This document shows positions 50,230 through 59,532 of a stretch of DNA of 64,000 nt, one piece after another. Within the stretch, counting starts at the first letter, position 1, and every line of letters starts with the position of its first letter. The stretch is taken from assembly GCA_041484665.1 (NCBI GenBank), contig JBGPIA010000001.1, forward strand, positions 32,001 through 96,000. The letters run 5' to 3'. The notes beneath the pieces were generated by a model. It searched no databases and was not told the origin of the DNA. It worked only from the letters and a program-made list of their open reading frames with translations. Origin of the DNA: Candidatus Krumholzibacteriia bacterium. Its GTDB lineage: Bacteria > Krumholzibacteriota > Krumholzibacteriia > JAJRXK01. Position numbers and translations under genes: made by a program.

Positions 50230-51360
50230 GTGGCTCGCAAGATTCTCTTCCACATTGCGGCGCTGGGCGTTGCGGCCGCCCTGTCGGGCGCGGCGGTTCT
50301 CGTCGTGTCCGCCCAGGAAGGCGCGCAGGGTTCGCCACCGCCCGCCGCAGCCGCGGGTCAGGATCTCAACATCGAGGCGATCCTCAACACGAATGACTCG
50401 CTGTCGTTCTCCGCCTCGAAGATCGACGACGAGACGGTCGTCGAGCCGGACAAGGGCGAGGGATTCGTGCGGTCGATCCTCGATACCCCGTTCGGCGAGA
50501 CCAAGGCCGCCGACTTCCTCTTCCGCCGCAACGGCATCCTCTATCTCCTGATCGCCTCGGGAATCGCCGCGATCGGGCTCATGTACCACTACGGCGCCCG
50601 CGGGCCCACCGAGTTGCCCGTGCCCAGCCTGACCGTCGCCACCGGGCATACGCTGCCGGTGGTCGGCGAGGCGCACCCCGTTGAGCGCATGTCCATGAGT
50701 TTGTCGCAGCGGGCCGCTGCGATCGCGATCCTCGGCCACGTCATGATCTTCGGGGCATGGTTGGTGGGGCGCAACCTGCCCAAGACGGCTCCACCGCGCC
50801 GTATGCTGCGCTTCGTCACCATCTCCGAGCTGGCTGCCCCGCCCTCCCTCAGCGGAAACGACGCGCCACCCCCGGTGAACGTCCAGCAGGAGATCACGCA
50901 GCCTACCATCGGGCTCCCGGAGCCCGTTCCCGACTGGCAGGCCCCCGACGTGCAGCTCGCCACCCAGCAGGAGATGGCCAATTTCCAGACCCCCGGCCTC
51001 GAGGGCGTGGGCGAGGGCGGCGATGTGGTGGTGGTGCAGAACTCGGGCGACGTCCTCAATCTCGGGCGCGGGGGAGGGATCGTCGATGTGGACATGGGCG
51101 AAGTGCCGGTCCTGCTCAACATGCCCAAGCCCGTCTACCCGGAGATTGCGCGCACGGCCGAGGTCGAGGGTGTGGTCACGCTGCAGATCCTGGTGGGCGA
51201 GGACGGCCATGTGAAGGAGGTCAAGGTCGCCAAGGGCCACCCGATGCTCAACGAAGCGGCGATCGCCGCCGCGCGCGGCGCGACCTTCAAGCCGGCCACG
51301 CAGCAGAAGCACCCGGTACCGGTCTGGGTCGAGTTCCCGATGCGCTTCACGCTCTACTAG
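50230..51360 (+). CDS. tonB: TonB-family energy transducer with long N-terminal extension
   Basis: C-terminal YPEIARTAEVEGVVTLQILVGEDGHV...LNEAAIAAA..ATFKPA...PVPVWVEFPMRF; Pro-rich linker. Confidence 0.88.
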   Translation: MARKILFHIAALGVAAALSGAAVLVVSAQEGAQGSPPPAAAAGQDLNIEAILNTNDSLSFSASKIDDETVVEPDKGEGFVRSILDTPFGETKAADFLFRRNGILYLLIASGIAAIGLMYHYGARGPTELPVPSLTVATGHTLPVVGEAHPVERMSMSLSQRAAAIAILGHVMIFGAWLVGRNLPKTAPPRRMLRFVTISELAAPPSLSGNDAPPPVNVQQEITQPTIGLPEPVPDWQAPDVQLATQQEMANFQTPGLEGVGEGGDVVVVQNSGDVLNLGRGGGIVDVDMGEVPVLLNMPKPVYPEIARTAEVEGVVTLQILVGEDGHVKEVKVAKGHPMLNEAAIAAARGATFKPATQQKHPVPVWVEFPMRFTLY

Positions 51361-51574
51361 GAGCGCGCCGCCCCACCCTCAGGGCCGCCGCCACGATCAC
51401 GATGGCCAGCCCCACGATACCGGTCGGCAACAGCGGGATCGCGGGCCGCCGGCGCAGCGCACTGCGCACGTCCCCGTCACCCACGAGCACGAACCCGGCC
51501 CAGTACCAGGGCTGTGACGTCTGCGGCTGCGCGCGGATCGCCAGGCTGGCCTCGCGCACTGCGGCGGCGGCCAC
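51347..51574 (-). pseudogene. C-terminal remnant of a CHAT-domain protein
   Basis: VAAAAVREASLAIRAQPQTSQPWYWAGFVLVGDG followed by a TM tail. PxxWAxFxLxG is the typical CHAT C-terminal motif. The rest of the frame upstream is low-complexity or antisense to the sigma gene. Confidence 0.65.
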
Positions 51575-51776
51575 GCGCGCGCCGCAAGCGTGGCGACGCC
51601 TCCGCCGCCCCACTGCGGCATACCCTCCCCCCCGCGCGTCCGATATGCTGGCGCCCGCGGCGTCGGGCGCGAAGGGCTGGACGCTCCGGCCGCCCCGCCG
51701 CCGGGGCCGCCCCACGGCGTACCCCCGCCCCGCGGCGCTCGACCGCTGCTGCCGAAGGGACCAGCCTGTGTGTTCC

Positions 51777-52430
51777 ATGCACTGGGACGGATCCAACGCG
51801 CAAGGCGCGCAACGCAGCGACGACGAGCTCCTCGCCGTCCTGCGGGCGCCTGGGCCCGAGGGACGAAGCAGCGACGACGACGCGCAGGCGCGCCGGAGCG
51901 CGCTCGAAACGCTCTTCGCGCGGTACCACCGCAAGGTCTACCACTGGTGCAACAAGCTGCTGGGCGATGCGGATCTCGCGGCCGACATGGTGCAGGAGGT
52001 GTTCCTCGAGCTGCTCGAGCGTCCGCGGCCCTACGTGGCCCGCCAACGCTTCGGCGCGTGGCTCTACGTCGCCACCCGCAACCGCTGCCTGAACGCCTTG
52101 AGGCGGCGCGGCCGGGAGCAGGGCGGCGACGAGAGAGTGGAGCTCGCGCTTAGCGCCGTTGTCGACGGGAGCGACCCGCATCGCGAGGCGGAGCAGGCCG
52201 AGCTCGCCCGCCGTCTCGACGACGCGTGCCGGCGTCTGCTGAGCCCAAGGGAGCAGGAGGTCTTCCACCTGCGCTACGTCCTGGGCCTGCGGGTCGCAGA
52301 AATCACCGCGGTCCTGGGATTGAGCAATGCCTCCGGCGCCCGGACGCACCTGCGATCCGCCGAGCAGAAGCTGCGGCGGGCGCTGGAGGATCTGCGGACC
52401 GGGCCGAGACCAGGGCAGCAGGAGGAATGA
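51777..52430 (+). CDS. ECF sigma factor
   Basis: SDDELL...LFARYHRKVY...DLAADMVQEVF...FGAWLYVATRNRC; region 4 REQEVFHLRY...AEITAVLG. Confidence 0.9.
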   Translation: MHWDGSNAQGAQRSDDELLAVLRAPGPEGRSSDDDAQARRSALETLFARYHRKVYHWCNKLLGDADLAADMVQEVFLELLERPRPYVARQRFGAWLYVATRNRCLNALRRRGREQGGDERVELALSAVVDGSDPHREAEQAELARRLDDACRRLLSPREQEVFHLRYVLGLRVAEITAVLGLSNASGARTHLRSAEQKLRRALEDLRTGPRPGQQEE

Positions 52431-52433
52431 GGA

Positions 52434-53219
52434 ATGACGGGACAGGAAGCGATCGACCACCTGGAGCCAGCCACGCTGTTCGAGCTGTGCGCGGGCACCC
52501 TCGAGGCCGGCTCTGCCGCTCTCGCCCGCGCGCACCTGGCAACGTGTGGCGTGTGTCAGGCCGAGCTGGCGCTGGCGCTGGGGTTCGTGGACGCCAAGGA
52601 CGGGCCGCTCGCCCAGGACGTCGAGGACGCTCTGCGCGATCGGTTTGCGCGGGGGCTCGCGGACTCTCCCCGTGCCACACCCGGACGCGAGACGGGCGCA
52701 CCGGCCGTGCCGCCGCGCACCGCGGCCCGTCGTCGGCAGCGTCCCTTGGCGTGGCGCCCGGCCACGGCATGGCTGGTCGCGGCGTCGCTGGTCGTGGCCG
52801 GACTAGGCATCTGGAGGGTGACGCAAGACAGTGCGCTGCTCCACCCCAGCGGGCAGGTCCGTGCGCTGGGCGTGCCCGCGGCCTGGGACCTGACGGTCGA
52901 CACGGTGGCGGCGCAGGGCTGGCGCCTGCGCTGGACATCCCTGCCGCAGGCCACGACCTATCAGCTGCGCGTGCTCTCGGTGTCCGGCGAGGTGCTCCTG
53001 GAGCGCCCTGCTTCGCCGACCGGGGCGGAGATCCGTCGAGCAGAGCTGCCCGTGGCCTCAGGCGATCGTCCTGGGCTGCTCGTCCGCGCGGTCGCAACCG
53101 GCCCCGGTGGCTTCCGGCGGGAGAGCCCCCTGCACGAGCTCACAGCGCAGGCAGCCCCCGAGCATCCTGCCGTCCATCCGGACGAGCGCCCGGGAGTGGC
53201 CCCGGGCGGAGCTCGGTGA
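52434..53219 (+). CDS. zf-HC2 anti-sigma factor with TM helix and beta-rich C-terminal domain
   Basis: HLATCGVC; TM WLVAASLVVAGLGIW; WRLRWTSLPQATTYQLRV. Confidence 0.8.
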   Translation: MTGQEAIDHLEPATLFELCAGTLEAGSAALARAHLATCGVCQAELALALGFVDAKDGPLAQDVEDALRDRFARGLADSPRATPGRETGAPAVPPRTAARRRQRPLAWRPATAWLVAASLVVAGLGIWRVTQDSALLHPSGQVRALGVPAAWDLTVDTVAAQGWRLRWTSLPQATTYQLRVLSVSGEVLLERPASPTGAEIRRAELPVASGDRPGLLVRAVATGPGGFRRESPLHELTAQAAPEHPAVHPDERPGVAPGGAR

Positions 53220-53297
53220 AATCGGAGGCGCTGGCTTCCCCCCGGTGCCGGGTGCGTGGGGACTGCGAGCGCGGGGCCCGCGCCGGCCGGTGGCGGG

Positions 53298-54341
53298 TCA
53301 ACGCCGGGCGCCGGCCCCCACGGACGCGTAGCGACGGCGCATGTCCTCCAGGGTCAGCTTGGGGACCTTGTCACCCCAACCGGCCTGGCCGAAGGCGATC
53401 ATGCGCTCCTTCACGACTTCCTTCATCGCCGCGCGGGCGGGCTTGAGGTAGGTGCGCGGATCGAACTCCTCGGGGTGCTCGGCGAAGACCTTGCGGATCG
53501 CTCCGGTGATCGCGAGCCGGTTGTCGGTGTCGACGTTGACCTTGCGCACGCCGTGCTGGATGCCGCGTCGGATCTCCTCGAGCGGCACGCCGTAGGTCTC
53601 GCCGATCTTCCCGCCGTGGCGGTTGATGACGTCGAGTAACTCCTTGGGCACGGAGCTGCTGCCGTGCATCACCATGTGGCAGTTGGGCAGGCGGCGGTGG
53701 ATCTCGGCGATGATGTCCATCTTGAGCACCTCGCCGGTGGGCTTGCGCTTGAACTTGTAGGCTCCGTGACTGGTGCCGATCGCGACGGCCAGCGCGTCGC
53801 AACCGGTCTCGGCCACGAACTGCTCCGCCTGCGCCGGATCGGTCAGGTGCGCCAGTGCCTGGTCCCCGGTGAGGCCCGCTCCGTGGCCGTCCTCGATGCC
53901 TCCCAGGCAGCCCAGCTCCGCCTCCACGGTCACACCGCGCGCGTGGGCGTGGTCCACGACCTGGCGTGTGACCTTGACGTTGTGCTCGTAGCTGGCCGGC
54001 GTCTTGGCATCCTCCATCAGCGAGCCGTCCATCATGCACGAGGTGAAGCCCTGCTCGATGGCGCTGAAGCAGGTCTGGGGGTTGTTGCCGTGGTCCTGGT
54101 GCATGGCCACAGGAATCTGCGGGTACAGCTCCACCGCCGCCAGCATCAGGTGGCGTAGGTAGTTGTCCTGGCTATAGCTCCGCGCGCCACGGCTGGCCTG
54201 GACGATCACGGCGGAATTGGTCTCGTGGGCCGCCTCCATGATCGACTGGATCTGCTCCATGTTGTTGACGTTGAACGCGCCGACCCCGTAGTCGTGCTCC
54301 GCCGCGTGATCGAGGAGGACGCGCATGGGAACGAGGGCCAT
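53298..54341 (-). CDS. fba: Fructose-1,6-bisphosphate aldolase class II (CbbA-like subtype)
   Basis: [67 protein letters not shown]. Confidence 0.95.
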   Translation of the reverse strand: MALVPMRVLLDHAAEHDYGVGAFNVNNMEQIQSIMEAAHETNSAVIVQASRGARSYSQDNYLRHLMLAAVELYPQIPVAMHQDHGNNPQTCFSAIEQGFTSCMMDGSLMEDAKTPASYEHNVKVTRQVVDHAHARGVTVEAELGCLGGIEDGHGAGLTGDQALAHLTDPAQAEQFVAETGCDALAVAIGTSHGAYKFKRKPTGEVLKMDIIAEIHRRLPNCHMVMHGSSSVPKELLDVINRHGGKIGETYGVPLEEIRRGIQHGVRKVNVDTDNRLAITGAIRKVFAEHPEEFDPRTYLKPARAAMKEVVKERMIAFGQAGWGDKVPKLTLEDMRRRYASVGAGARR

Positions 54342-54708
54342 CGATGTCACCTCTCCGTCTGCCTGAGGCTCTGCCTGCCAGCTGCTCGCCGGCCGCCGGT
54401 CCCGGGTCCCGGCTGCGGGACGCGGCCGGGGCGGCGGACGACCATTCTAGACGATGGCGTCCCGGGTGCCCTTGCGCAAACTCAAGCCGGGCCGCGTCCG
54501 GGGCGCCCTGCACTCCGATCCGCCACCGCGGGCCAAAATCGTGCGTGACAACATACTCCTGCCCGCAGTAGCATGGAATCCGCTGCCGGGGTGATGTCCC
54601 CCGTCCCGGGTCCTCTCTCCTCCCCGAGCGGGTTTGCCTGGCCCCAGGCCCTCCGTCGGCAGCTTGGACGCGTCCCCCTGCAACACCTCGAACCACAGGA
54701 AGCATCCC

Positions 54709-55203
54709 ATGCCCAATCGCTCTCGTATCGCATTCGCTCTGGTTGCGATCGCTCTCATGTCCGTGCTCGGCGCCGGAATGGCAGGCGCAACCCTCTACCT
54801 GCTCCACGCGCAGGCCGATGGGCCCCACGAGACTCCCGCCAACGCCTCCCCCGCAGTCGCGTCGGCGGATTTCACGCTCGATGACGTAACCTACCAGCTC
54901 ACCTGGGACATCACGTACGGGGGCCTGCTGGCTGCACCGACGGCCTCGCACGTTCACTCGGGCGCGCCGGGCATCCCCGGCCCCGTCATCCAGGGCATCG
55001 GCCTCCCGACGGGAGGACACTACTTCGGCTCGGTCATCACCACACTCAGCGTGGCCGCGCAGATGCTCGGCGGCGGCACCTACTTCAACCTGCACACCCA
55101 GGTGTACCCTGGGGGCGAGATCCGCGGGCAGATCGCCATCGTGCCGGTACCGGTCGAGTCGCCGAGCTGGGGCGCGGTGAAGGCTCTCTACGACGCGAAG
55201 TAA
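54709..55203 (+). CDS. Secreted CHRD-domain protein with C-terminal SWGAVKALY motif
   Basis: Signal peptide; ASHVHSG..G..GPV, YFNLHT..YPGGEIRGQI; tail VPVPVESPSWGAVKALYDAK. Confidence 0.85.
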   Translation: MPNRSRIAFALVAIALMSVLGAGMAGATLYLLHAQADGPHETPANASPAVASADFTLDDVTYQLTWDITYGGLLAAPTASHVHSGAPGIPGPVIQGIGLPTGGHYFGSVITTLSVAAQMLGGGTYFNLHTQVYPGGEIRGQIAIVPVPVESPSWGAVKALYDAK

Positions 55204-55411
55204 TACCAGGCGGCGGACGCCCGCATCTGGGCGTGCCGTGCAATCGCTTCGGCCGCCGATCCACATGGATCGGCGGCTGCCGAACGCTCGCCCTCGCAGC
55301 CCCCGCCGCCTCGCTCTCGCGCTCCCTCGCCCCCATCGGCCGCCGCCGCTGCGGCCGCGCGAAGCGTGAGGCTGCGGCAAGGTCGGGCTGCGCGCGGCGC
55401 GGTCCGTGGGA

Positions 55412-56308
55412 TCAGCCTGCAGGTGACGCCGCTCCCACGTGACGGCGGGCGTGGTAGCTGCTGCGCACGAACGGACCGCTTTCCACGTGCAGGAAGCCCT
55501 GGGCTCGCGCGTGCTCGCCAAGCCGCTCGAACTCTTGCGGACTGTAGTAGCGCTCGATGGGCAGATGTCGCGCAGTCGGCTGGAGGTACTGGCCGACGGT
55601 GAGAACGTCGACCCCCGCCTCCCGCAGCCGGCGGAAGGTGTCGAGCAGCTCGGGCTCGGTTTCGCCGAGCCCCACCATCACGCCGCTCTTGGTGCGTTGG
55701 ATGCGCGCCGGGCGGGCGGCCGCCGCGCGCCGCAGCAGTTGCACGGAGCGCGCGAATTCGCTGCCATGGCGGGCGCGCGCGTAGAGCCTTGGCACGGTCT
55801 CCACGTTGTGGTTGAGCACTTCGGGACGCGCATCCAACACCACTTCCAGAGCGTCCCAGTTCCCGCCGAAGTCGGGCACGAGCACCTCCACTGCGCAGTC
55901 CGGGTTGCGACGGCGGATCGCCGCGATGGTGCGGGCGAACTGCGCCGCGCCACCATCGGGCAGATCGTCGCGGTCCACGCTGGTGACGACGGCATGGCGC
56001 AACTCGAGACGCGCCACGGCCTCGGCAACATGTTCGGGCTCGAGGGGGTCTAGCGCGGTGGTCACCCCCTTGCCCACGGCGCAAAAGCCGCAGTGCCGCG
56101 TGCACACCGCGCCCAGGAGCATGAAGGTGGCCGTGCGCTGCGCCCAGCATTCGAAGAGGTTCGGGCAGCGCGCCTCTTCGCACACGGTGTGCAGGCGCAG
56201 CTCGCGCATCATCTCCGTGACGCCGGCTTGAGCTTGCGCGTCGTGCAAGCGGACCTTCAGCCACGGCGGGCGCACTGCGGCGCGCTCGGCCAGGGTCCTA
56301 CGCGGCAT
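55412..56308 (-). CDS. lipA: Lipoyl synthase
   Basis: CEEARCPNLFEC, CTRHCGFC, NHNVETV, GQYLQP, RSSY. Confidence 0.96.
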   Translation of the reverse strand: MPRRTLAERAAVRPPWLKVRLHDAQAQAGVTEMMRELRLHTVCEEARCPNLFECWAQRTATFMLLGAVCTRHCGFCAVGKGVTTALDPLEPEHVAEAVARLELRHAVVTSVDRDDLPDGGAAQFARTIAAIRRRNPDCAVEVLVPDFGGNWDALEVVLDARPEVLNHNVETVPRLYARARHGSEFARSVQLLRRAAAARPARIQRTKSGVMVGLGETEPELLDTFRRLREAGVDVLTVGQYLQPTARHLPIERYYSPQEFERLGEHARAQGFLHVESGPFVRSSYHARRHVGAASPAG

Positions 56309-57002
56309 CGCTCCTCCGGTTGTCTTTGGCTCCGCCCTCCACCATGCGGCGCTGGAACACCGCCCCGAAACGGACAATCAGCCGCTCCTCGACCGCCTCC
56401 AGCGCGAGGTTGTGCCCCAGCAGGCGCTGCATCGAGGTCACACCTTTGTCCGGGATCCCGCAAGGGACGATCGTCTGGAAATACGAGAGATCCGGCGCGA
56501 CGTTCAGCGCGAAGCCGTGGCTGGTGATCCAGCGGCTCAGCCGCACCCCGATCGCCGCGATCTTCTCGTCCCCCACCCACACTCCGGTGTAGTCGGGTAG
56601 GCGCCCAGCGCGGATCCCGAAATCGGCCAGCGTCAGCACCAGCACCTCCTCCAGGTCGCGCAGGTAGCGATGCGCATCGCGCCGTCCCTCCTGCAGAAGC
56701 AGGATCGGGTAGCCCACGACCTGCCCTGGGCCGTGGTAGGTGACGTCGCCCCCACGCGAGGTGGGCACGAGGTCGAGGCCGCGCCGAGCGCGCTCCTGCT
56801 CGTCGAGCAGGACGTGCGCGTCACTCGCCGCGCTACCCAGCGTGACCACGTGCGGGTGCTCGAGCAGCAACAGCATGTCGGGGATCGTCCCCTCGCGGCG
56901 CAGCCGGACCATCCCGTCCTGCATCGCAAGGGCGTCTCGGTACTCGATGCGGCCCAGCCGCCGCACCTTGCACACCGGCAGATCCGGTTGCGACTGCGGC
57001 AT
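56298..57002 (-). CDS. lipB: Octanoyltransferase
   Basis: LLEHPHVVTLG, RGGDVTYHGPGQVVGY, KIAAIG, HGFALNV, IVPCG. Confidence 0.95.
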   Translation of the reverse strand: MPQSQPDLPVCKVRRLGRIEYRDALAMQDGMVRLRREGTIPDMLLLLEHPHVVTLGSAASDAHVLLDEQERARRGLDLVPTSRGGDVTYHGPGQVVGYPILLLQEGRRDAHRYLRDLEEVLVLTLADFGIRAGRLPDYTGVWVGDEKIAAIGVRLSRWITSHGFALNVAPDLSYFQTIVPCGIPDKGVTSMQRLLGHNLALEAVEERLIVRFGAVFQRRMVEGGAKDNRRSDAA

Positions 57003-57004
57003 GG

Positions 57005-58492
57005 CTACAGCGCCGTCTCGTCGAAGCCCTCCAGGCTGCGCGTCAGCGTGCTCAGGAACTGCTCCGCCGTCGCGCCATCCACCAGACGGTGATCGTAACC
57101 GAGCGAGACGTACATTTTGGGCCGGATGGCGATCATGTCGTCGACGACGCACACGCGCTTCTCCACCTTGCCCATCCCCAGGATCGCCACGTTGGGCTGG
57201 TTGATGACGGGCATCCCGATCAGCCCGCCGTAACTTCCCGGATTGGTTACCGAGAAGGTCGCGCCCTGGACCTCCTCGGGGCGCAGTTTCTTCGCTCGCG
57301 CCCGCGCCGCCAGATCGCCGATCGCCTTGGCGATGCCGGTCATGGACAGATCCTGGGCGCGGTGGATGACCGGCACGATCAGCCCCCACTCCAACGAAAC
57401 CGCCAGTCCGATGTTCACGTCGCCGTGATAGATGACCTCGGCGCCGCGCACCGAGGCATTGACCAGGGGAACGGCGCGCAGCGCGTCCACCACAGCCTTG
57501 AGCATGAACACCGTGTACGTGAGCTTCGCCCCGCCAGACGACTCTAGGAAGCGCTCCTTGTGCGCTCTGCGGAGCGCCTCTACGCGACTCATGTCCACCT
57601 CGTAGAGCGTGTGAACGTGGGGAGAGGTATGCTTGGAGAACACCATGTGGTCGGCGATGCGCTGGCGCATCACGCTCATGGGCTCCACGCGGTCGTTGGG
57701 CCCCACCTGCGCGATCCAGGCCGCAGACACGCTCAAGGGCGGCGCGAGCGGCGCCACTCCCGCAGCGGCGGGCCCCGCAGCAGGCGCCACGGCGCCCAAC
57801 GCCCCGGTCGCGCCGCCCGCCGCAGCCATCGGCTGTGCGCTCGCGCCGGCGGTCTTCTGGCGCTCGAGGTATTGGAGTATGTCCTCCTTGGTCACGCGCC
57901 CGTGGATGCCCGTTCCAGTGACCCGGGTAATGTCGACGCCCTGCTCGGCGGCGATCTTGCGCACCACGGGGGAGCTGAGCCGGCGGATCCGTTCCTCACG
58001 CGACAGTTCCCCGGCTGCGCCAGCGGCCGGCGCCGGCGCGGGCAACGTGGCGGCCACAGCAGCGCGTGCGGCCGAGGGCGTCGGCGCGGCTGACGCCGCA
58101 GCGCGCGCCGCAGGCGGGGGAGCGGGTGACGCCGCAGACGGGGGCACAGGCCCCGCAGCAGGGCGAGCCGCCGCACCCGAGACCGCAGCGGACAGCGTGC
58201 CCGGCGACGGCGATGGCGGCGCGGCGGCGGCCGGCCGCGCGGCGCCCGCCTCAGCAGCGGCGCCGATGCGCGCGACCACCGTGTTGATGCCGACCGTCTG
58301 GCCCTCGGGGACGATGATCTCCAGCAACGTGCCCGCTGCCGGCGAGGGGATCTCGGCATCGACCTTGTCCGTGGAGATCTCGAACAGCGGCTCATCGCGC
58401 TCGACCAGGTCGCCGAGCTTCTTGAGCCACTTGGTGACGGTGCCCTCGGCGATGCTCTCCCCCATTTGCGGCATGATAACGTCGGTTGCCAT
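57005..58492 (-). CDS. 2-oxoacid dehydrogenase E2 (dihydrolipoamide acyltransferase)
   Basis: MPQMGES...EISTDKV lipoyl domain, SPVVRKIA binding domain, DHRLVDG. Confidence 0.93.
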   Translation of the reverse strand: MATDVIMPQMGESIAEGTVTKWLKKLGDLVERDEPLFEISTDKVDAEIPSPAAGTLLEIIVPEGQTVGINTVVARIGAAAEAGAARPAAAAPPSPSPGTLSAAVSGAAARPAAGPVPPSAASPAPPPAARAAASAAPTPSAARAAVAATLPAPAPAAGAAGELSREERIRRLSSPVVRKIAAEQGVDITRVTGTGIHGRVTKEDILQYLERQKTAGASAQPMAAAGGATGALGAVAPAAGPAAAGVAPLAPPLSVSAAWIAQVGPNDRVEPMSVMRQRIADHMVFSKHTSPHVHTLYEVDMSRVEALRRAHKERFLESSGGAKLTYTVFMLKAVVDALRAVPLVNASVRGAEVIYHGDVNIGLAVSLEWGLIVPVIHRAQDLSMTGIAKAIGDLAARARAKKLRPEEVQGATFSVTNPGSYGGLIGMPVINQPNVAILGMGKVEKRVCVVDDMIAIRPKMYVSLGYDHRLVDGATAEQFLSTLTRSLEGFDETAL

Positions 58493-58551
58493 GTATCCTC
58501 CTGGTCCGGGCCGGCCCCGCGCGCCCGCGGCGGCTTGGGCCTGCTGGGTCG

Positions 58552-59532
58552 CTAGTAGGCGGCGAGTCTGCGCGCCGCGTCGAGCACCTTGTCCGCCGAC
58601 GGCAGGAAGGCGTCCTCCAGCGGCGGGCTGTACGGAACGGGGGTGTCGGGCGCAGTCACCCGGAGCACGGGAGCGTCGAGCCACTCAAAGGCCGACTCGC
58701 AGACGCGCGCCGCCAGCTCGCCGGCCAGCCCGCCGGTCCGCGTGTCCTCGTGCACGAGCAGGATCCGCCCGGTCCGGCGCGCCGCGCCCAGGATCGCCTC
58801 GTCGTCGAGCGGGCTGAGCGTGCGCAGGTCGATCACCTCGGCCTCCGCGCCATCCTCACGCGACAGACGCTCGGCGGCCTCCAGCGCCACGTGCACCATC
58901 GCGCCGTAGGTGAGGATCGCCAGATCGTCGCCGGCGCGGCGCGAGGCCGCCCGCCCGATCGGCGTGAGGATCTCCTCATCCTCGCCCAGATCCTCCTTGA
59001 GGCGCCGGTAGAGGAACTTGTGCTCCAGGTAGATCACCGGGTCCGGATCGCGGACGGCAGACTTGAGCAGCCCCTTGGCGTCGCGCACGGTGGCCGGCTG
59101 CACGATTTTCAGCCCCGGCGTGTGGGCGAACCAGGCCTCGACATTCTGGCTGTGGAAGGGTCCGCCGTGCACGCCCCCCCCGCTGGGGCCGCGGATCACC
59201 AGGGAAACCCCGGCGCCCCAGCGGTAGCGCGCCTTGGCGGCGAAGTTCGTGATCATGTTGAATGCCAGGCCGATGAAGTCGATGAACTGCATCTCGACGA
59301 TCGGGCGCATGCCCAGCAGCGCGGCGCCGATCGCGCAGCCGACGATGGCCGACTCGCTGATCGGCGTGTCGCGGACGCGCTCCGGGCCGAAACGCTCGAG
59401 CATCCCCGCGGACACGCGGAACGCGCCGCCGTAGGTCCCTACGTCCTGCCCAAGCAGGAACACCGCCGGGTCGCGCTCCAGCTCTTCCCAGATGGCCTGG
59501 CGGATCGCTTCGACGTAGGTCACGACAGCCAT
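58552..59532 (-). CDS. 2-oxoacid dehydrogenase E1 beta subunit
   Basis: GQDVG.YGGAF, DTPISES, EMQFIDF, GPFHSQ, DLRTLSPLD. Confidence 0.93.
   Translation of the reverse strand: MAVVTYVEAIRQAIWEELERDPAVFLLGQDVGTYGGAFRVSAGMLERFGPERVRDTPISESAIVGCAIGAALLGMRPIVEMQFIDFIGLAFNMITNFAAKARYRWGAGVSLVIRGPSGGGVHGGPFHSQNVEAWFAHTPGLKIVQPATVRDAKGLLKSAVRDPDPVIYLEHKFLYRRLKEDLGEDEEILTPIGRAASRRAGDDLAILTYGAMVHVALEAAERLSREDGAEAEVIDLRTLSPLDDEAILGAARRTGRILLVHEDTRTGGLAGELAARVCESAFEWLDAPVLRVTAPDTPVPYSPPLEDAFLPSADKVLDAARRLAAY

Noticed and set aside
48474..51360. Tol-Pal system
   Set aside because: No tolB, pal or cpoB follows, and the last gene has a TonB C-terminal domain rather than a long helical TolA.
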